32,000 nucleotides of DNA from an uncultured Nitrososphaerota archaeon. GTDB lineage: Archaea; Korarchaeota; Korarchaeia; Korarchaeales; Korarchaeaceae. Made by a program: the position numbers and the translations under genes. The DNA lies in NCBI GenBank assembly GCA_964480775.1, contig CAYZRF010000006.1, positions 1-32,000 of the forward strand, given 5' to 3'. Position 1 is the stretch's first letter. Each line of letters opens with the position of its first letter. This document shows, in pieces, positions 1 through 9,384 of the stretch. The notes under the pieces are model-generated. The model ran no database searches. It worked only from the letters and a program-made list of their open reading frames with translations, and was not told the DNA's origin.

Positions 1-533
1 GTTGCGTCAGGAACTGACCGATTCAATTCGTCAAGCACTTTAACAGTAATTGATGCATTAGCACTCTCACCGGGTTTAAGCCTTAGGATGGATGGTTCTA
101 TATCTATGGTGGCTGAGATGTTGGCACCAGTAGTTATCGGAAAATATGCCTCCCTTACAACATTCCTTCCTTTGAAGTTTGCCTCTACACGTGCTATGTG
201 TAGCCCTATGGAATAGATTTCTTCGTCTACAAAAAAGCTGGCGACAAGATCCTTTTGATCAACATTAGAGAACTCTTTTTTTCCCAATACCCTGCCGGTA
301 GCTCCATCCACTATACTCAAGACACATGAGGTTGGAATCTCGTTAAACTTAATCTCAACACTGAATTCAGATCCTAACGGAACTTTTTCTGGCTTAACTT
401 GTATCTCAAACATGTGTCTCTCTGGTAGGTTGGGCACTATCAGGATCAGTAGCAATATTACTACGTTGAAGGCTATTGCTATTTTGAGTCTGTTATCCAC
501 CTTCATATATGATCGGATCTGCTCTCTTTTCAT
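1..533 (-). CDS. Partial CDS (C-terminus lies outside the window): N-terminally membrane-anchored protein, function unknown
   Basis: Absent from the ORF track because it runs off the window. My reverse-strand translation from the ATG at 533..531 gives MKREQIRSYMKVDNRLKIAIAFNVVILLLILIVPNLPERHMFEIQVKPEKVPLGSEF... and stays open to base 1. It has one hydrophobic helix (IAIAFNVVILLLILIV) followed by hydrophilic, beta-rich sequence. Confidence 0.5.
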   Translation of the reverse strand, partial: MKREQIRSYMKVDNRLKIAIAFNVVILLLILIVPNLPERHMFEIQVKPEKVPLGSEFSVEIKFNEIPTSCVLSIVDGATGRVLGKKEFSNVDQKDLVASFFVDEEIYSIGLHIARVEANFKGRNVVREAYFPITTGANISATIDIEPSILRLKPGESANASITVKVLDELNRSVPDA

Positions 534-636
534 CTCTTTTAAGGTTGTTGCATCAAATGATCATCCAGGTGAATCTATGTCATTCCATTAAACTAAGCTT
601 CTAGGCGCCGATACCGTGAACTCATGAAGGATTTTT

Positions 637-1785
637 ATGGAAGAGACCATAACTTTATGGACACAGTTGGCCCCCTTAGTGAAGAAATACATAGACAAGC
701 TTGAGTTCATAGAGAGTCCAAGGTATATATTTTTCGGTCCAAAGGCTCTGGAGAAAACTCCTTTAATCCTCAAATCTCTAGAAATAAAAGGAACTATAAT
801 GATAATAACAGGAGGTACTCATACAAGTAAAATAGCTGAAAGATTGGCTGATAAGCTAGATGATGAAGGATGGGTCTATGATATTCAAAAGGTTACGACC
901 AAAATGCCTAAGACCAAAGACATCGAGGATTTGGTGGAAAAAGCAAAGAAAGTTCATCCAGAGATTCTTATTGGGGTTGGAGGTGGAAGAGTTCTTGACG
1001 TAACTAAGCTCACGGCTGCATGGCTCGGATTGAAGTACTTGAGCGCTCCAACATCTGCAAGCCATGATGGGGTAGCCTCTCCATGCATTAACTTCCTGCT
1101 TTCAAGGCAAATTGAGAGCACAAAGGGACCAGAGTGGGCTATTGCAGAGGCACCTTTTGCCATAATCGCAGACACGGAAATCATAAAGAACGCTCCTCCA
1201 GAAACGTTTAAGGCAGGGTTTGGCGACCTAATATCTAAGATCACAGCTGTTAAAGACTGGGAGCTGGCTTCTAAGCTTCGTGCGGAAAGATATAGCGAGT
1301 ATGCTGCTTCGATGGCAATTCTAAGCGCAAAAATAGTAATGGATCACGCCAGCGAGGTGAGACCTGGCTTTGAGGAAAGTGCCAGGATAGTTGTTAAGGC
1401 GTTAATAGGTAGTGGGGTGGCAATCAGCATTGCTGGAAGCTCAAGACCTGCAAGTGGAAGCGAACACTTATTCAGCCACGCGCTAGACATATTGGCAGAG
1501 GAGAAAGGGTACATGAATACACATCACGGCATACAGGTTGCTTTAGGAACGATAATGATGGCCGATCTTCAAGGACAGAATTGGAAGAAAATAAGAGAGA
1601 AACTAGTGGAAGCTGGTGTGCCAGTCACTGCTGAAGAAGCTGGCTTAGACAGAGAGGCAGTGATAGAGGCCCTAACTATTGCTCACAAGGTGAGAGACAG
1701 GTTTACCATATTAGGTACGAGCGGCTTAACTGAGACAGCGGCAAGAAAGCTGGCAGAAAGGACCGAGATAATATCCACTATCTAA
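637..1785 (+). CDS. egsA: Glycerol-1-phosphate dehydrogenase [NAD(P)+] (archaeal lipid backbone synthesis)
   Basis: 382-aa ORF with iron-type alcohol/glycerol dehydrogenase-fold motifs: GVGGGRVLDVTKL, APTSASHDGVASP, SGSEHLFSHALD. Size and motifs are typical of archaeal G1PDH. Confidence 0.85.
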   Translation: MEETITLWTQLAPLVKKYIDKLEFIESPRYIFFGPKALEKTPLILKSLEIKGTIMIITGGTHTSKIAERLADKLDDEGWVYDIQKVTTKMPKTKDIEDLVEKAKKVHPEILIGVGGGRVLDVTKLTAAWLGLKYLSAPTSASHDGVASPCINFLLSRQIESTKGPEWAIAEAPFAIIADTEIIKNAPPETFKAGFGDLISKITAVKDWELASKLRAERYSEYAASMAILSAKIVMDHASEVRPGFEESARIVVKALIGSGVAISIAGSSRPASGSEHLFSHALDILAEEKGYMNTHHGIQVALGTIMMADLQGQNWKKIREKLVEAGVPVTAEEAGLDREAVIEALTIAHKVRDRFTILGTSGLTETAARKLAERTEIISTI

Positions 1786-1800
1786 AAGTAAAAAGAGGGC

Positions 1801-3582
1801 TTAAGCATAGTAGACTCCAGAAGACCTCGCTAGTTGATCCATCTTGGATTTAGGTTTATTCACTCTAGGTCTCCCTGTAGATGGATCTCTTCGTATAGTT
1901 ATGCCTACATCCATCAGAAACTTGTTCATGCCCTTGGATACTTCCAGCGGACCTTTTGCAGATCCATGAATCCCAGGTTGACCTCTGAAAACTATCACTC
2001 TATCTGCTAGAGATTCAGCCATTAGAAGGTCATGTTCTACTACTATAGCAGCTCTGCCCTCGCCTTCAATCCTCCTTTTTATCGCTTTCGCTGCAGCAAG
2101 CCTCATTTCAACATCTAGAAAAGCACTAGGCTCGTCTAAGAGGTATATATCAGCATCTCTAGCTAATGTGATTGCTATAGCCACCCTTTGAAGCGCGCCA
2201 CCACTTAACTCCTCAACTCTCCTATCAAGAAGGCCAGTAAGCCTCAACCTGTGTAGAACTTCCGTTTTAAAATAGCTTGAGGAGTAGAAAGACCCAGCAA
2301 CCTTCCTAAGTAAATCCTCAACCGTTCCCTCATAATCTGAACGCAGATATTGAGGTTTATATGCCACCTTCAGACCAGACGTCAAAACGTCTCCTGAGTC
2401 TGGACTCAGCTCGCCTGCTAATATGCGGACAAATGTCGTCTTTCCTATTCCATTAGGACCAAGGGCCACCACCACCTCTCCGGCAACTATTTCTCCCTCT
2501 TCAACATCTAGCCTAAAACTTTCATCGTACCTCTTTGTTAGATTTGTGTAAACGACAAGAGGGCTCCTTTCAGTTGGCTTTGCTGCACCTTTCTTCACGA
2601 ACTTAATCGAGTAGTCCCTGAACCTCACGTTATCTTCCGGCAGATATCCGTCTAAGAATATGTTTATGCCGTCTCTAGAAGAGTGAGGAAAGCTAACAAC
2701 ACCGTATACATCGGGAAGGCCATATATTATGTGAACATAGTCGCTCAAATAGTCTAACATCGCAAGGTCGTGTTCCGCAAGCAGAACTGATCTATCTTCC
2801 CTTATTATAGATCTTATGGCTCTGGCTACACTCATTCTCTGATAAATGTCCAAGTAGTTACTTGGCTCATCAAACACGTATAGATCAGCGTCCTTCAAAC
2901 AAGCAACTCCAACAGCTAACCTTTGAAGCTCGCCTCCGCTGAGCTGGTCGACTTGCCTATCCTCTAGCCCATCAAGACCTAAGAGTTCAACTATCTCGTC
3001 TACCCTACCAATTTGATCGGCCCTTCTAAGGATCTTAGAAACGGTTCCTTTTGCAACCTCCGGAATAAGATCTATTCTCTCTGGCTTCATTGAGACAATT
3101 ATGCCTCTTTCTGCGATCCTCTTGAAATGATCTTGGAGCTCAGACCCTCTAAATTTCTCAATTATTTCGTCCCAAGAAGGTTCCTCTTCTAATTTGCCAA
3201 GATTTGGCTTAAGAGCCCCTGAAAGTATTCTTAGCACAGTTGTCTTGCCTACCCCGTTAGGACCTATCAAACCTACAATTGCCGCTTTTCTTGGGATGGG
3301 TAGCCTATAGAGCACGAACCCATTCCTGCCATACCTGTGTATGTCCTCACCTACCACAGGGGCGGGCAGGTTAACGATGGAAATGGCACCAAAGGGACAG
3401 ACTCGAACGCATATGCCACATCCGGTGCAAAGATCCTCATCAATGACCAATAAACCTTCTTCATTGAGTTTTATCGTGTCTTCTTGTCCAGATTTCACCT
3501 GTGGGCAGTATTTGATGCATTCTAGCCCGCATTTTTTAGGATTACATTTGTCTCTGGAAACTACAGCTATCCTGCGTCTTAT
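1801..3582 (-). CDS. abce1: ABCE1 / RNase L inhibitor-type ribosome recycling ATPase (2x[4Fe-4S] domain plus twin ABC domains)
   Basis: Two Walker A motifs (GPNGVGKTT, GPNGIGKTT), two ABC signatures (LSGGELQR, LSGGALQR) and a ferredoxin motif (CTGCGICVRVCPFGAISIVNLP). The track ORF starts at GTG 3498. However, the same frame stays open to 3585 and encodes the first Fe-S motif, RIAVVSRDKCNPKKCGLECIKYCP, so I extend the CDS to the ATA codon at 3582..3580. The start is uncertain. Confidence 0.9.
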   Translation of the reverse strand: MRRRIAVVSRDKCNPKKCGLECIKYCPQVKSGQEDTIKLNEEGLLVIDEDLCTGCGICVRVCPFGAISIVNLPAPVVGEDIHRYGRNGFVLYRLPIPRKAAIVGLIGPNGVGKTTVLRILSGALKPNLGKLEEEPSWDEIIEKFRGSELQDHFKRIAERGIIVSMKPERIDLIPEVAKGTVSKILRRADQIGRVDEIVELLGLDGLEDRQVDQLSGGELQRLAVGVACLKDADLYVFDEPSNYLDIYQRMSVARAIRSIIREDRSVLLAEHDLAMLDYLSDYVHIIYGLPDVYGVVSFPHSSRDGINIFLDGYLPEDNVRFRDYSIKFVKKGAAKPTERSPLVVYTNLTKRYDESFRLDVEEGEIVAGEVVVALGPNGIGKTTFVRILAGELSPDSGDVLTSGLKVAYKPQYLRSDYEGTVEDLLRKVAGSFYSSSYFKTEVLHRLRLTGLLDRRVEELSGGALQRVAIAITLARDADIYLLDEPSAFLDVEMRLAAAKAIKRRIEGEGRAAIVVEHDLLMAESLADRVIVFRGQPGIHGSAKGPLEVSKGMNKFLMDVGITIRRDPSTGRPRVNKPKSKMDQLARSSGVYYA

Positions 3583-3585
3583 CTC

Positions 3586-4206
3586 CTAACCCTCCCCTTC
3601 TAGAATCCTCTTAACCTCTTTATATCCTAAATCAAAAGCTCTCACATTTGATTCCTTATATTTCTCAGGGACTAGAGACTGCAAGACTCCTCTAATATCT
3701 TGAGCTGAGAATGGCAAAATTCCAGTCGCTGAGATTCCTCCAAGCATAACTGAGTTCGTGACAATAGGGTCTCCAACTTGCTTTGAAGCTATTTCTGTGG
3801 CATCAAACATAATTAAACCTCTTGGGTTGAGGGAAAGAAGGAGATCTTTGACCTCATCAATGCTTGGTATCGGAAATCTCTCCAAGAAGGCAGACTGGGG
3901 GGGCACTATGTGACTGTTTGAAATTATGGTAGTCCTTTCACTAACATAGTTTGCATATCTCATGGCTTCTAAAGGCTCCATTGCAATTAACAAGTCAAGA
4001 GTACCTTCCAGTATAAGAGGACTCTTGATTTTTGGTCCTATTCTGATTTCTGTATGAATGGATCCGTATCTCTGGGATAGTCCATGAACCTCGCTTTGTG
4101 CGAAGTTTAATCCCTTTTTGAGAGCAGTCCTTATGATAACGTTTGTTGCAAACAGAATACCTTGGCCTCCTACGCCTGAAACTATTACATTTATCTCGTC
4201 GTCCAT
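3586..4206 (-). CDS. iorB: Indolepyruvate:ferredoxin oxidoreductase, beta subunit
   Basis: 206-aa ORF with the SGVGGQGILFATNVI motif of the 2-oxoacid:ferredoxin oxidoreductase gamma-like family. It lies immediately downstream of iorA with a 2-nt gap. Confidence 0.85.
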   Translation of the reverse strand: MDDEINVIVSGVGGQGILFATNVIIRTALKKGLNFAQSEVHGLSQRYGSIHTEIRIGPKIKSPLILEGTLDLLIAMEPLEAMRYANYVSERTTIISNSHIVPPQSAFLERFPIPSIDEVKDLLLSLNPRGLIMFDATEIASKQVGDPIVTNSVMLGGISATGILPFSAQDIRGVLQSLVPEKYKESNVRAFDLGYKEVKRILEGEG

Positions 4207-4208
4207 TT

Positions 4209-6110
4209 TTACTCAACCTCCTCTAGCCATGATTTTGCTCCTTCTGACGGCTCTATAGCGCCAAACGGACAGATAGCAACGCAAGATCCACATCCAAAAC
4301 AGACCGAGGGATCTATCATCATCTTCTCTCCGGTATCGACGAATGCAGGGCACGCATAGGTGTTAATACAAACCAAGCAATGAGTGCATTTTTCAGGGTC
4401 GACTCGGAAAGGTACAATTTTCTCTCCTTCCCTTCTCTTTCTTCTAACTGTGAGAAGAGCGCACTCTCTCTTAGCTATTATTACCGATAGACTGTCTCTG
4501 TCTAACGCCTCTTTAAGAGCTCTCTCCATCTCTTTAAAATTGTATGGATCTATTTCCTTTACAAACTCAACCCCCATTGATCTAACTAGCTTTCCTATGT
4601 CAATCATGGGTGCTTCTTCACCCATAGCATCTACCGGAACTCCTGGATGGGATTGGTGTCCTGTCATGGCTGTTATCCTGTTGTCCAAAATGACCGCTAC
4701 AAAAGTGTGCTTATTATGAATAGCGTTTATCATGGCAGGTATTCCAGCGTGGAAGAACGTTGAGTCTCCTATAAGAGCCACGATTGGCTGATCTGTCGCA
4801 ATGCTGAAACCATTAGCGAAACCTACTGAGGAACCCATTGCGTGTGTTATGTGTTCTATTTCAAATGGCTTTTGGAATAGAAGAGCATAACATCCTATAT
4901 CGCCCACGTAAATTGTGGGTCTGCCAGAAGTAACCCTTCTAATGGAATAACCTGTGGCTCTATGAGGACAAGCCGGACACAACACAGGAGGTCTACTAGG
5001 AACTCTTTCAAGAACTAGTTTAGCCTGATCTTCAATTTTTTCAAGATCTAATTGTAGGGGGGTGTTCGTAACCTCTGATAGGGCTTTAACAACTACTTTT
5101 GGGGTGTATTCAGCCACTCTGGGAAAGTGACCAGTTAATTTACCTATAATTTTCAGATTGGGAGCATGATCCTTAGCCAAAGCCTTCACTTGCATCTCTA
5201 AGAAGGGTTCTAGCTCCTCTACAACAATCAAAGTCTCTAATCCTTCCATAAATTTGGAAACAAGATCTTTTGGAAAGGGAAAAGTTAGGCCAAGCTTTAG
5301 CAACTTAACCTTTAATTCTAGCCGATTTATAGCCTCCCAAGTATACGAGTAAGAGATTCCGGATGTAATTATTCCTAGAGGAGATTTTTCCTCTCCTTCT
5401 AACTTAAAGAACCTTGAATCCTTTCCAAGATCCCTTTCAATACTCTCTAATTTTTGAAGGAGCATTCTGTGATGTTTTCTCGCAATCGCACCGACCTGCA
5501 GATACTGGTCAAATTCCTCTGGCTTAAAACTTCCTTTACCTCTACCTTTTTTGATCTCTCCAAGCAAAACAGGTCCTCTGGAGTGACTTACTCTTGTCGT
5601 TGTCCTCAAAATAAATGGAATTTTATATCTTTCGGAGAGATCAAACGCTTCTTTCGTGTAATCCTTAGCTTCTTGGGAATTTGATGGCTCCAACATCGGA
5701 ATACCCATAGAAACGGCATAATACCTATTGTCTTGCTCATTTTGAGAGCTATGAGCTGATGGATCGCCAGCATTAACTACAACAAGCCCTCCTTTCGTTC
5801 CAGCATAAGCCAAAGTAAATAGGGCGTCAGAGGCAACGTTAAGGCCAACATGTTTCATACAAGTTAGAGCCCTTAATCCAGACCAAGCCGCAGCCGTAGC
5901 TACCTCTACAGCCACTTTCTCATTTGTTGACCACTCAAAGTATACACCAACTCTTTTTGCTACTGATCCAAGAGTACCACCAATTTCTGTGCTCGGCGTA
6001 CCAGGGTAAGCCGCAGCAACATCTAATCCTGCCTCTAGGGCGCCTCTAACAATGGCTTCATTTCCTAGTAGTGCCTCTACTCTACCAGCTGGAGCTAAAA
6101 CGCTTAACAT
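4209..6110 (-). CDS. iorA: Indolepyruvate:ferredoxin oxidoreductase, alpha subunit
   Basis: 633-aa ORF. It has a TPP-binding region (GDIGCY...GDSTFFHAGIPAMINA) and a C-terminal 2x[4Fe-4S] ferredoxin motif (CTHCLVCINTYACPA...CFGCGSCVAICPFGAI). Confidence 0.9.
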   Translation of the reverse strand: MLSVLAPAGRVEALLGNEAIVRGALEAGLDVAAAYPGTPSTEIGGTLGSVAKRVGVYFEWSTNEKVAVEVATAAAWSGLRALTCMKHVGLNVASDALFTLAYAGTKGGLVVVNAGDPSAHSSQNEQDNRYYAVSMGIPMLEPSNSQEAKDYTKEAFDLSERYKIPFILRTTTRVSHSRGPVLLGEIKKGRGKGSFKPEEFDQYLQVGAIARKHHRMLLQKLESIERDLGKDSRFFKLEGEEKSPLGIITSGISYSYTWEAINRLELKVKLLKLGLTFPFPKDLVSKFMEGLETLIVVEELEPFLEMQVKALAKDHAPNLKIIGKLTGHFPRVAEYTPKVVVKALSEVTNTPLQLDLEKIEDQAKLVLERVPSRPPVLCPACPHRATGYSIRRVTSGRPTIYVGDIGCYALLFQKPFEIEHITHAMGSSVGFANGFSIATDQPIVALIGDSTFFHAGIPAMINAIHNKHTFVAVILDNRITAMTGHQSHPGVPVDAMGEEAPMIDIGKLVRSMGVEFVKEIDPYNFKEMERALKEALDRDSLSVIIAKRECALLTVRRKRREGEKIVPFRVDPEKCTHCLVCINTYACPAFVDTGEKMMIDPSVCFGCGSCVAICPFGAIEPSEGAKSWLEEVE

Positions 6111-6148
6111 CTCACACCTCCTATGAGGTTCCTTTATGAGAAAAAAAG

Positions 6149-7525
6149 TTATCTCACATGGTTAGAAAGAGATCTCCTTTCTGACCACCTTACAAGAGCC
6201 GCCATGGCAGAAACAGCTCTTTCAGTATCAGGATATACTGGAACCTCCTCTTCCTTAAGTAAAGCCATAGCTTTACTCACTTTTTCTCCACCAATCATAG
6301 CTACTGTTATTGGTTTGTAGCTAGAATCGAAAACTTTCTTGATCATTTCTGCTATCTTAATGGGATCACTCACAGCCGTTTCACAATACAAAGTAATTAT
6401 GCAATCTACTGATTTGTGCTTCACAGCTGATCTTAGAGCCCCTTCAAACTCTTTGTAAGTAGCCATACCAGTTAAATCAATTGGATTCTTTGCGCTACCA
6501 AATTCTGGCATATATCTCTTAAACTCTCGTTTTAAATCCTCTGGAGGGTCAATAACTTCTAAACCAGAAGCTTCACAGGAATCTGTTGCCATAACTCCAA
6601 CTCCGCCTCCATTGGTTATTATTACAGTTCTTTTTCCCCTCGGAATTTTGTGAGCCGAAAACGCTACGGCCCAGTCGAAAGCCTGTTCCAGATTTTCGGC
6701 ACGCAAAACACCAGCTTGTTTGAACGATGCAGAATAAACCACATCCGAACCAGCTATTGATCCGGTATGAGAGGAGGCAGCAGCCATTCCTCTCTTACTT
6801 CTACCAGCCTTGAGTACGATAATTGGCTTAAACTGGGTTGTTAAACGTGCTTCTTGCATAAACTTTCTTCCGTCAGAAACACCCTCCATGTATATCAGGA
6901 CTACCCTTGTGTTTTCATCGTTTCTAAACCAGCTTAACAAGTCTGAATCATCAATATCGGCTTTGTTGCCTACGCTTACGACTGCTGAAAGACCTATCTT
7001 CTCAGTTACTGTCCACCCCATTAAGGCAATCCCCAGAGCTCCTGACTGGGTTATAAAGGCTATGCTTCCTGGTCTAACATCTTTGGGACCAAACGTAGCA
7101 TTTAATCTAGTTGGAGAATAAAGGACGCCGAAGACATTTGGTCCAATTATCCTTATACCAGCTCTTCTAGCCCTCTTAATAAGATCCTCCTCTAGCTCTT
7201 TGTTTCCTACCTCAGAAAATCCACTAGAAATCACAACAGCTGCCTTCGTATCTTTCTCTGCTAACTGATCAATGACTGGAGGAACAAACTTAGCAGGTAT
7301 TGATATTATTGCTAAATCTATGGTTCCTGGCACGTCTAGAACACTATGATAACATTTGATATCGAGTATCTCCTCTGCTGCCGGATTTACAGGATAAATC
7401 TTTCCTTTGTAGCCGTACTCCTTTATATTTCTCAATATCTCATAGCCTATTTTCCCTGGTGTTCTTGAAGCCCCTATTACAGCCACTGATTTTGGCTTGA
7501 AGATACTGTCTAGTGCGTTGGCCAT
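6149..7525 (-). CDS. acdA: ADP-forming acetyl/acyl-CoA synthetase, alpha subunit (CoA-binding plus succinyl-CoA synthetase-like domains)
   Basis: 458-aa ORF. N-terminal CoA-binding motif KSVAVIGASRTPGKIGYEILRNI, and a phosphohistidine-loop-like region AASSHTGSIAGSD. No beta subunit is adjacent. Confidence 0.8.
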   Translation of the reverse strand: MANALDSIFKPKSVAVIGASRTPGKIGYEILRNIKEYGYKGKIYPVNPAAEEILDIKCYHSVLDVPGTIDLAIISIPAKFVPPVIDQLAEKDTKAAVVISSGFSEVGNKELEEDLIKRARRAGIRIIGPNVFGVLYSPTRLNATFGPKDVRPGSIAFITQSGALGIALMGWTVTEKIGLSAVVSVGNKADIDDSDLLSWFRNDENTRVVLIYMEGVSDGRKFMQEARLTTQFKPIIVLKAGRSKRGMAAASSHTGSIAGSDVVYSASFKQAGVLRAENLEQAFDWAVAFSAHKIPRGKRTVIITNGGGVGVMATDSCEASGLEVIDPPEDLKREFKRYMPEFGSAKNPIDLTGMATYKEFEGALRSAVKHKSVDCIITLYCETAVSDPIKIAEMIKKVFDSSYKPITVAMIGGEKVSKAMALLKEEEVPVYPDTERAVSAMAALVRWSERRSLSNHVR

Positions 7526-7745
7526 CTGCTATTTCCGCCTTAAGAAATAGTCCAAATATTTAACTAAAGCTTTGCCCTAGAGGTGCTATTAAACATCCCT
7601 TCCTCTTTCTATTGTACTGGTGCCTGCTAAAACCGAGCCCCCTTTTCTTGATATTTTGAAATTCTGGCATATTGAATTATTGCCCTATAATAATAGGTTT
7701 CTTAGTGTATACATCGAATTCTAATATGTTTAAAAAGAGAATGAA

Positions 7746-8334
7746 CTACTCTTTCGACGCGATAAATACCATCACTCCTATAAAGCCGATAAAAGAGGCA
7801 ACCACGAATGGAATTTGCGGTGAAAGCGACCATAAAAGACCTCCTATGAGAGAAGCAGGTATCATAATCGCCTCCCTTACAAGATAATATAAGCCTATTA
7901 TTCTACCTTGATAATCCCCTTCTGCAAGATCAACTATGAGGGCTTTTCTGGCTGGCTCTCCTATCTCTCTAAGACCATTTATCACAAAGGCCAGAGGTAG
8001 TAATGTAGTATTAGGTATGGCCACTAAGACTCCTGGGAACATGGCGAAAAAAATAAAGGTAGATGCTACAAACGGCCGCCTACCGTAGATATCAGCGAAC
8101 TTAGCCGCTGGAAGGTATGATAGTATGGATGTAACCATCTGTGTTGATATTAGAAACCCACATTCTATCGGCTAAAACACCTCCTGGGTACTGATAAAGC
8201 GCGGACAGCGCCGATTCAAGGGAGCCATATAGACCAATGATTAGTGTAGAGGCGTTTAGCAGCTCGAGATATTTTGGCACATATTTTGACCAAAGCTGAG
8301 TACCTAATGTGAGCATAGATATTGCAACTACCAT
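7746..8334 (-). pseudogene. MFS transporter remnant (frameshifted and apparently internally deleted)
   Basis: Two overlapping minus-strand ORFs in different frames (8101..8334 and 7746..8138). The first carries a TM1-2-like region plus a motif-A-like sequence, YPGGVLADR. The second looks like a C-terminal half (FADIYGRRP ... GEPARKALIVDL). Together they total about 200 aa, against about 400 aa for intact MFS proteins. Confidence 0.55.
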
Positions 8335-8667
8335 AACTAATACGTCGCGTTCTAACCGAGTTCGTAGAGGAATCTCCTAAGCGACAGCTTGAGGACCTCC
8401 TACCGTACTAAACGAAATTGTATTTAAAGCATCTAAACTTGATAAAAAGCGGACTCTCTCTATTATCAAGTCCCAGCTAAAAATTGAAACAAGAGAGCAA
8501 GAAGAGAAACTTTAACAACTCAAAGCAGTATTTTACTATGAGAAATACCCTTCTATCTTAAGTTTATTGTAGGTTTAGAATGAAGAAGGCCGAATATAGG
8601 ATTTTAATGAATATTAAATCAGGCAAATGCCTTTAATAAAGCGTAGAAGTTAAATTAATTATAGAAA

Positions 8668-8744
8668 TGGCGCCCCGGCCGGGATTTGAACCCGGGTCTG
8701 GGGCTCGACAGGCCCCTATGCTAACCGGACTACACCACCGGGGC
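8668..8744 (-). tRNA. tRNA-Asp (anticodon GUC), CCA encoded
   Basis: Reverse complement: GCCCCGGTGGTGTAGTCCGGTTAGCATAGGGGCCTGTCGAGCCCCAGACCCGGGTTCAAATCCCGGCCGGGGCGCCA. Hand-folded cloverleaf: 7-bp acceptor stem (GCCCCGG/CCGGGGC), anticodon stem GGGGC/GCCCC with loop CTGTCGA, T arm CCGGG-TTCAAAT-CCCGG. Confidence 0.9.
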
Positions 8745-8767
8745 TCATTTGAGAGCAACGAAGGGCG

Positions 8768-8776
8768 TATATAAAA
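8768..8776 (-). promoter_or_regulatory. Candidate TATA box for tRNA-Asp
   Basis: Minus strand reads TTTTATATA, ending 23 nt upstream of tRNA position 1. This matches the usual archaeal spacing of about -26. Confidence 0.4.
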
Positions 8777-8848
8777 CTTTGTTGGCTTATAGCATACATC
8801 TACCTTAAAAATACTTTTTAAATCTATTTTTTTGGTGGAAGAAGGGAT

Positions 8849-9376
8849 TTGAAGAAGAAGCTCAAGAGATACAGATTGAAATCGAGCGAAAGTCGCGATT
8901 TTGTAGGAAATCTCCTTCAGAATTGCCCAAAATTAGGTCCTTTATTCCCAAAAAAGAAAGTAGGACTGGAAGTAGTCGAATTTCAAACAACGAAAGGATC
9001 ACAGAGGATTTTCTTCATCGAAGATTTTCCTGTACTAGTGGAGCTTTATGATAAAGAGGTTGTTCCATACATCGATGCAGCTGAACAAATTAACCTAGAA
9101 CTTCCAAGGATTGTTGTTGATCTCGGGGCAGTACCACACATAGCCAATGGAGCAGACGTGATGGGCCCAGGAATAGTTGAGATTGACGGAGATGTAAAAA
9201 AAGGAGATTTGGTGCTAGTAGCTGACGAGAGGTACGGCAGGATAATAGCCATCGGCCGGGCTCTGAGAAACAAAGAAGAACTAATAAGTAAAGGTAAGAG
9301 CGTAAGGAACTTGCATTATGCTGGAGATGTCTTCTGGAAAGTAGTTATGAGTCTTAAAAATAGGTCAAAGAAGTAA
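8849..9376 (+). CDS. PUA-domain RNA-binding protein (MCT-1/Tma20-like architecture)
   Basis: 175-aa ORF with a C-terminal PUA-like pattern: VVDLGAVPHIANGADVMGPGIVEIDGDVKKGDLVLVADERYGRIIAIGRAL...VRNLHYAGDVFW. The start is TTG; there is no in-frame ATG before the domain. Confidence 0.7.
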   Translation: MKKKLKRYRLKSSESRDFVGNLLQNCPKLGPLFPKKKVGLEVVEFQTTKGSQRIFFIEDFPVLVELYDKEVVPYIDAAEQINLELPRIVVDLGAVPHIANGADVMGPGIVEIDGDVKKGDLVLVADERYGRIIAIGRALRNKEELISKGKSVRNLHYAGDVFWKVVMSLKNRSKK

Positions 9377-9384
9377 AGACCCCA

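Noticed and set aside
3341-3589. 82-aa plus-strand ORF spanning the iorB/ABCE1 junction
   Set aside because: It is antisense to the conserved ABCE1 Fe-S domain coding sequence, and no motif is present.
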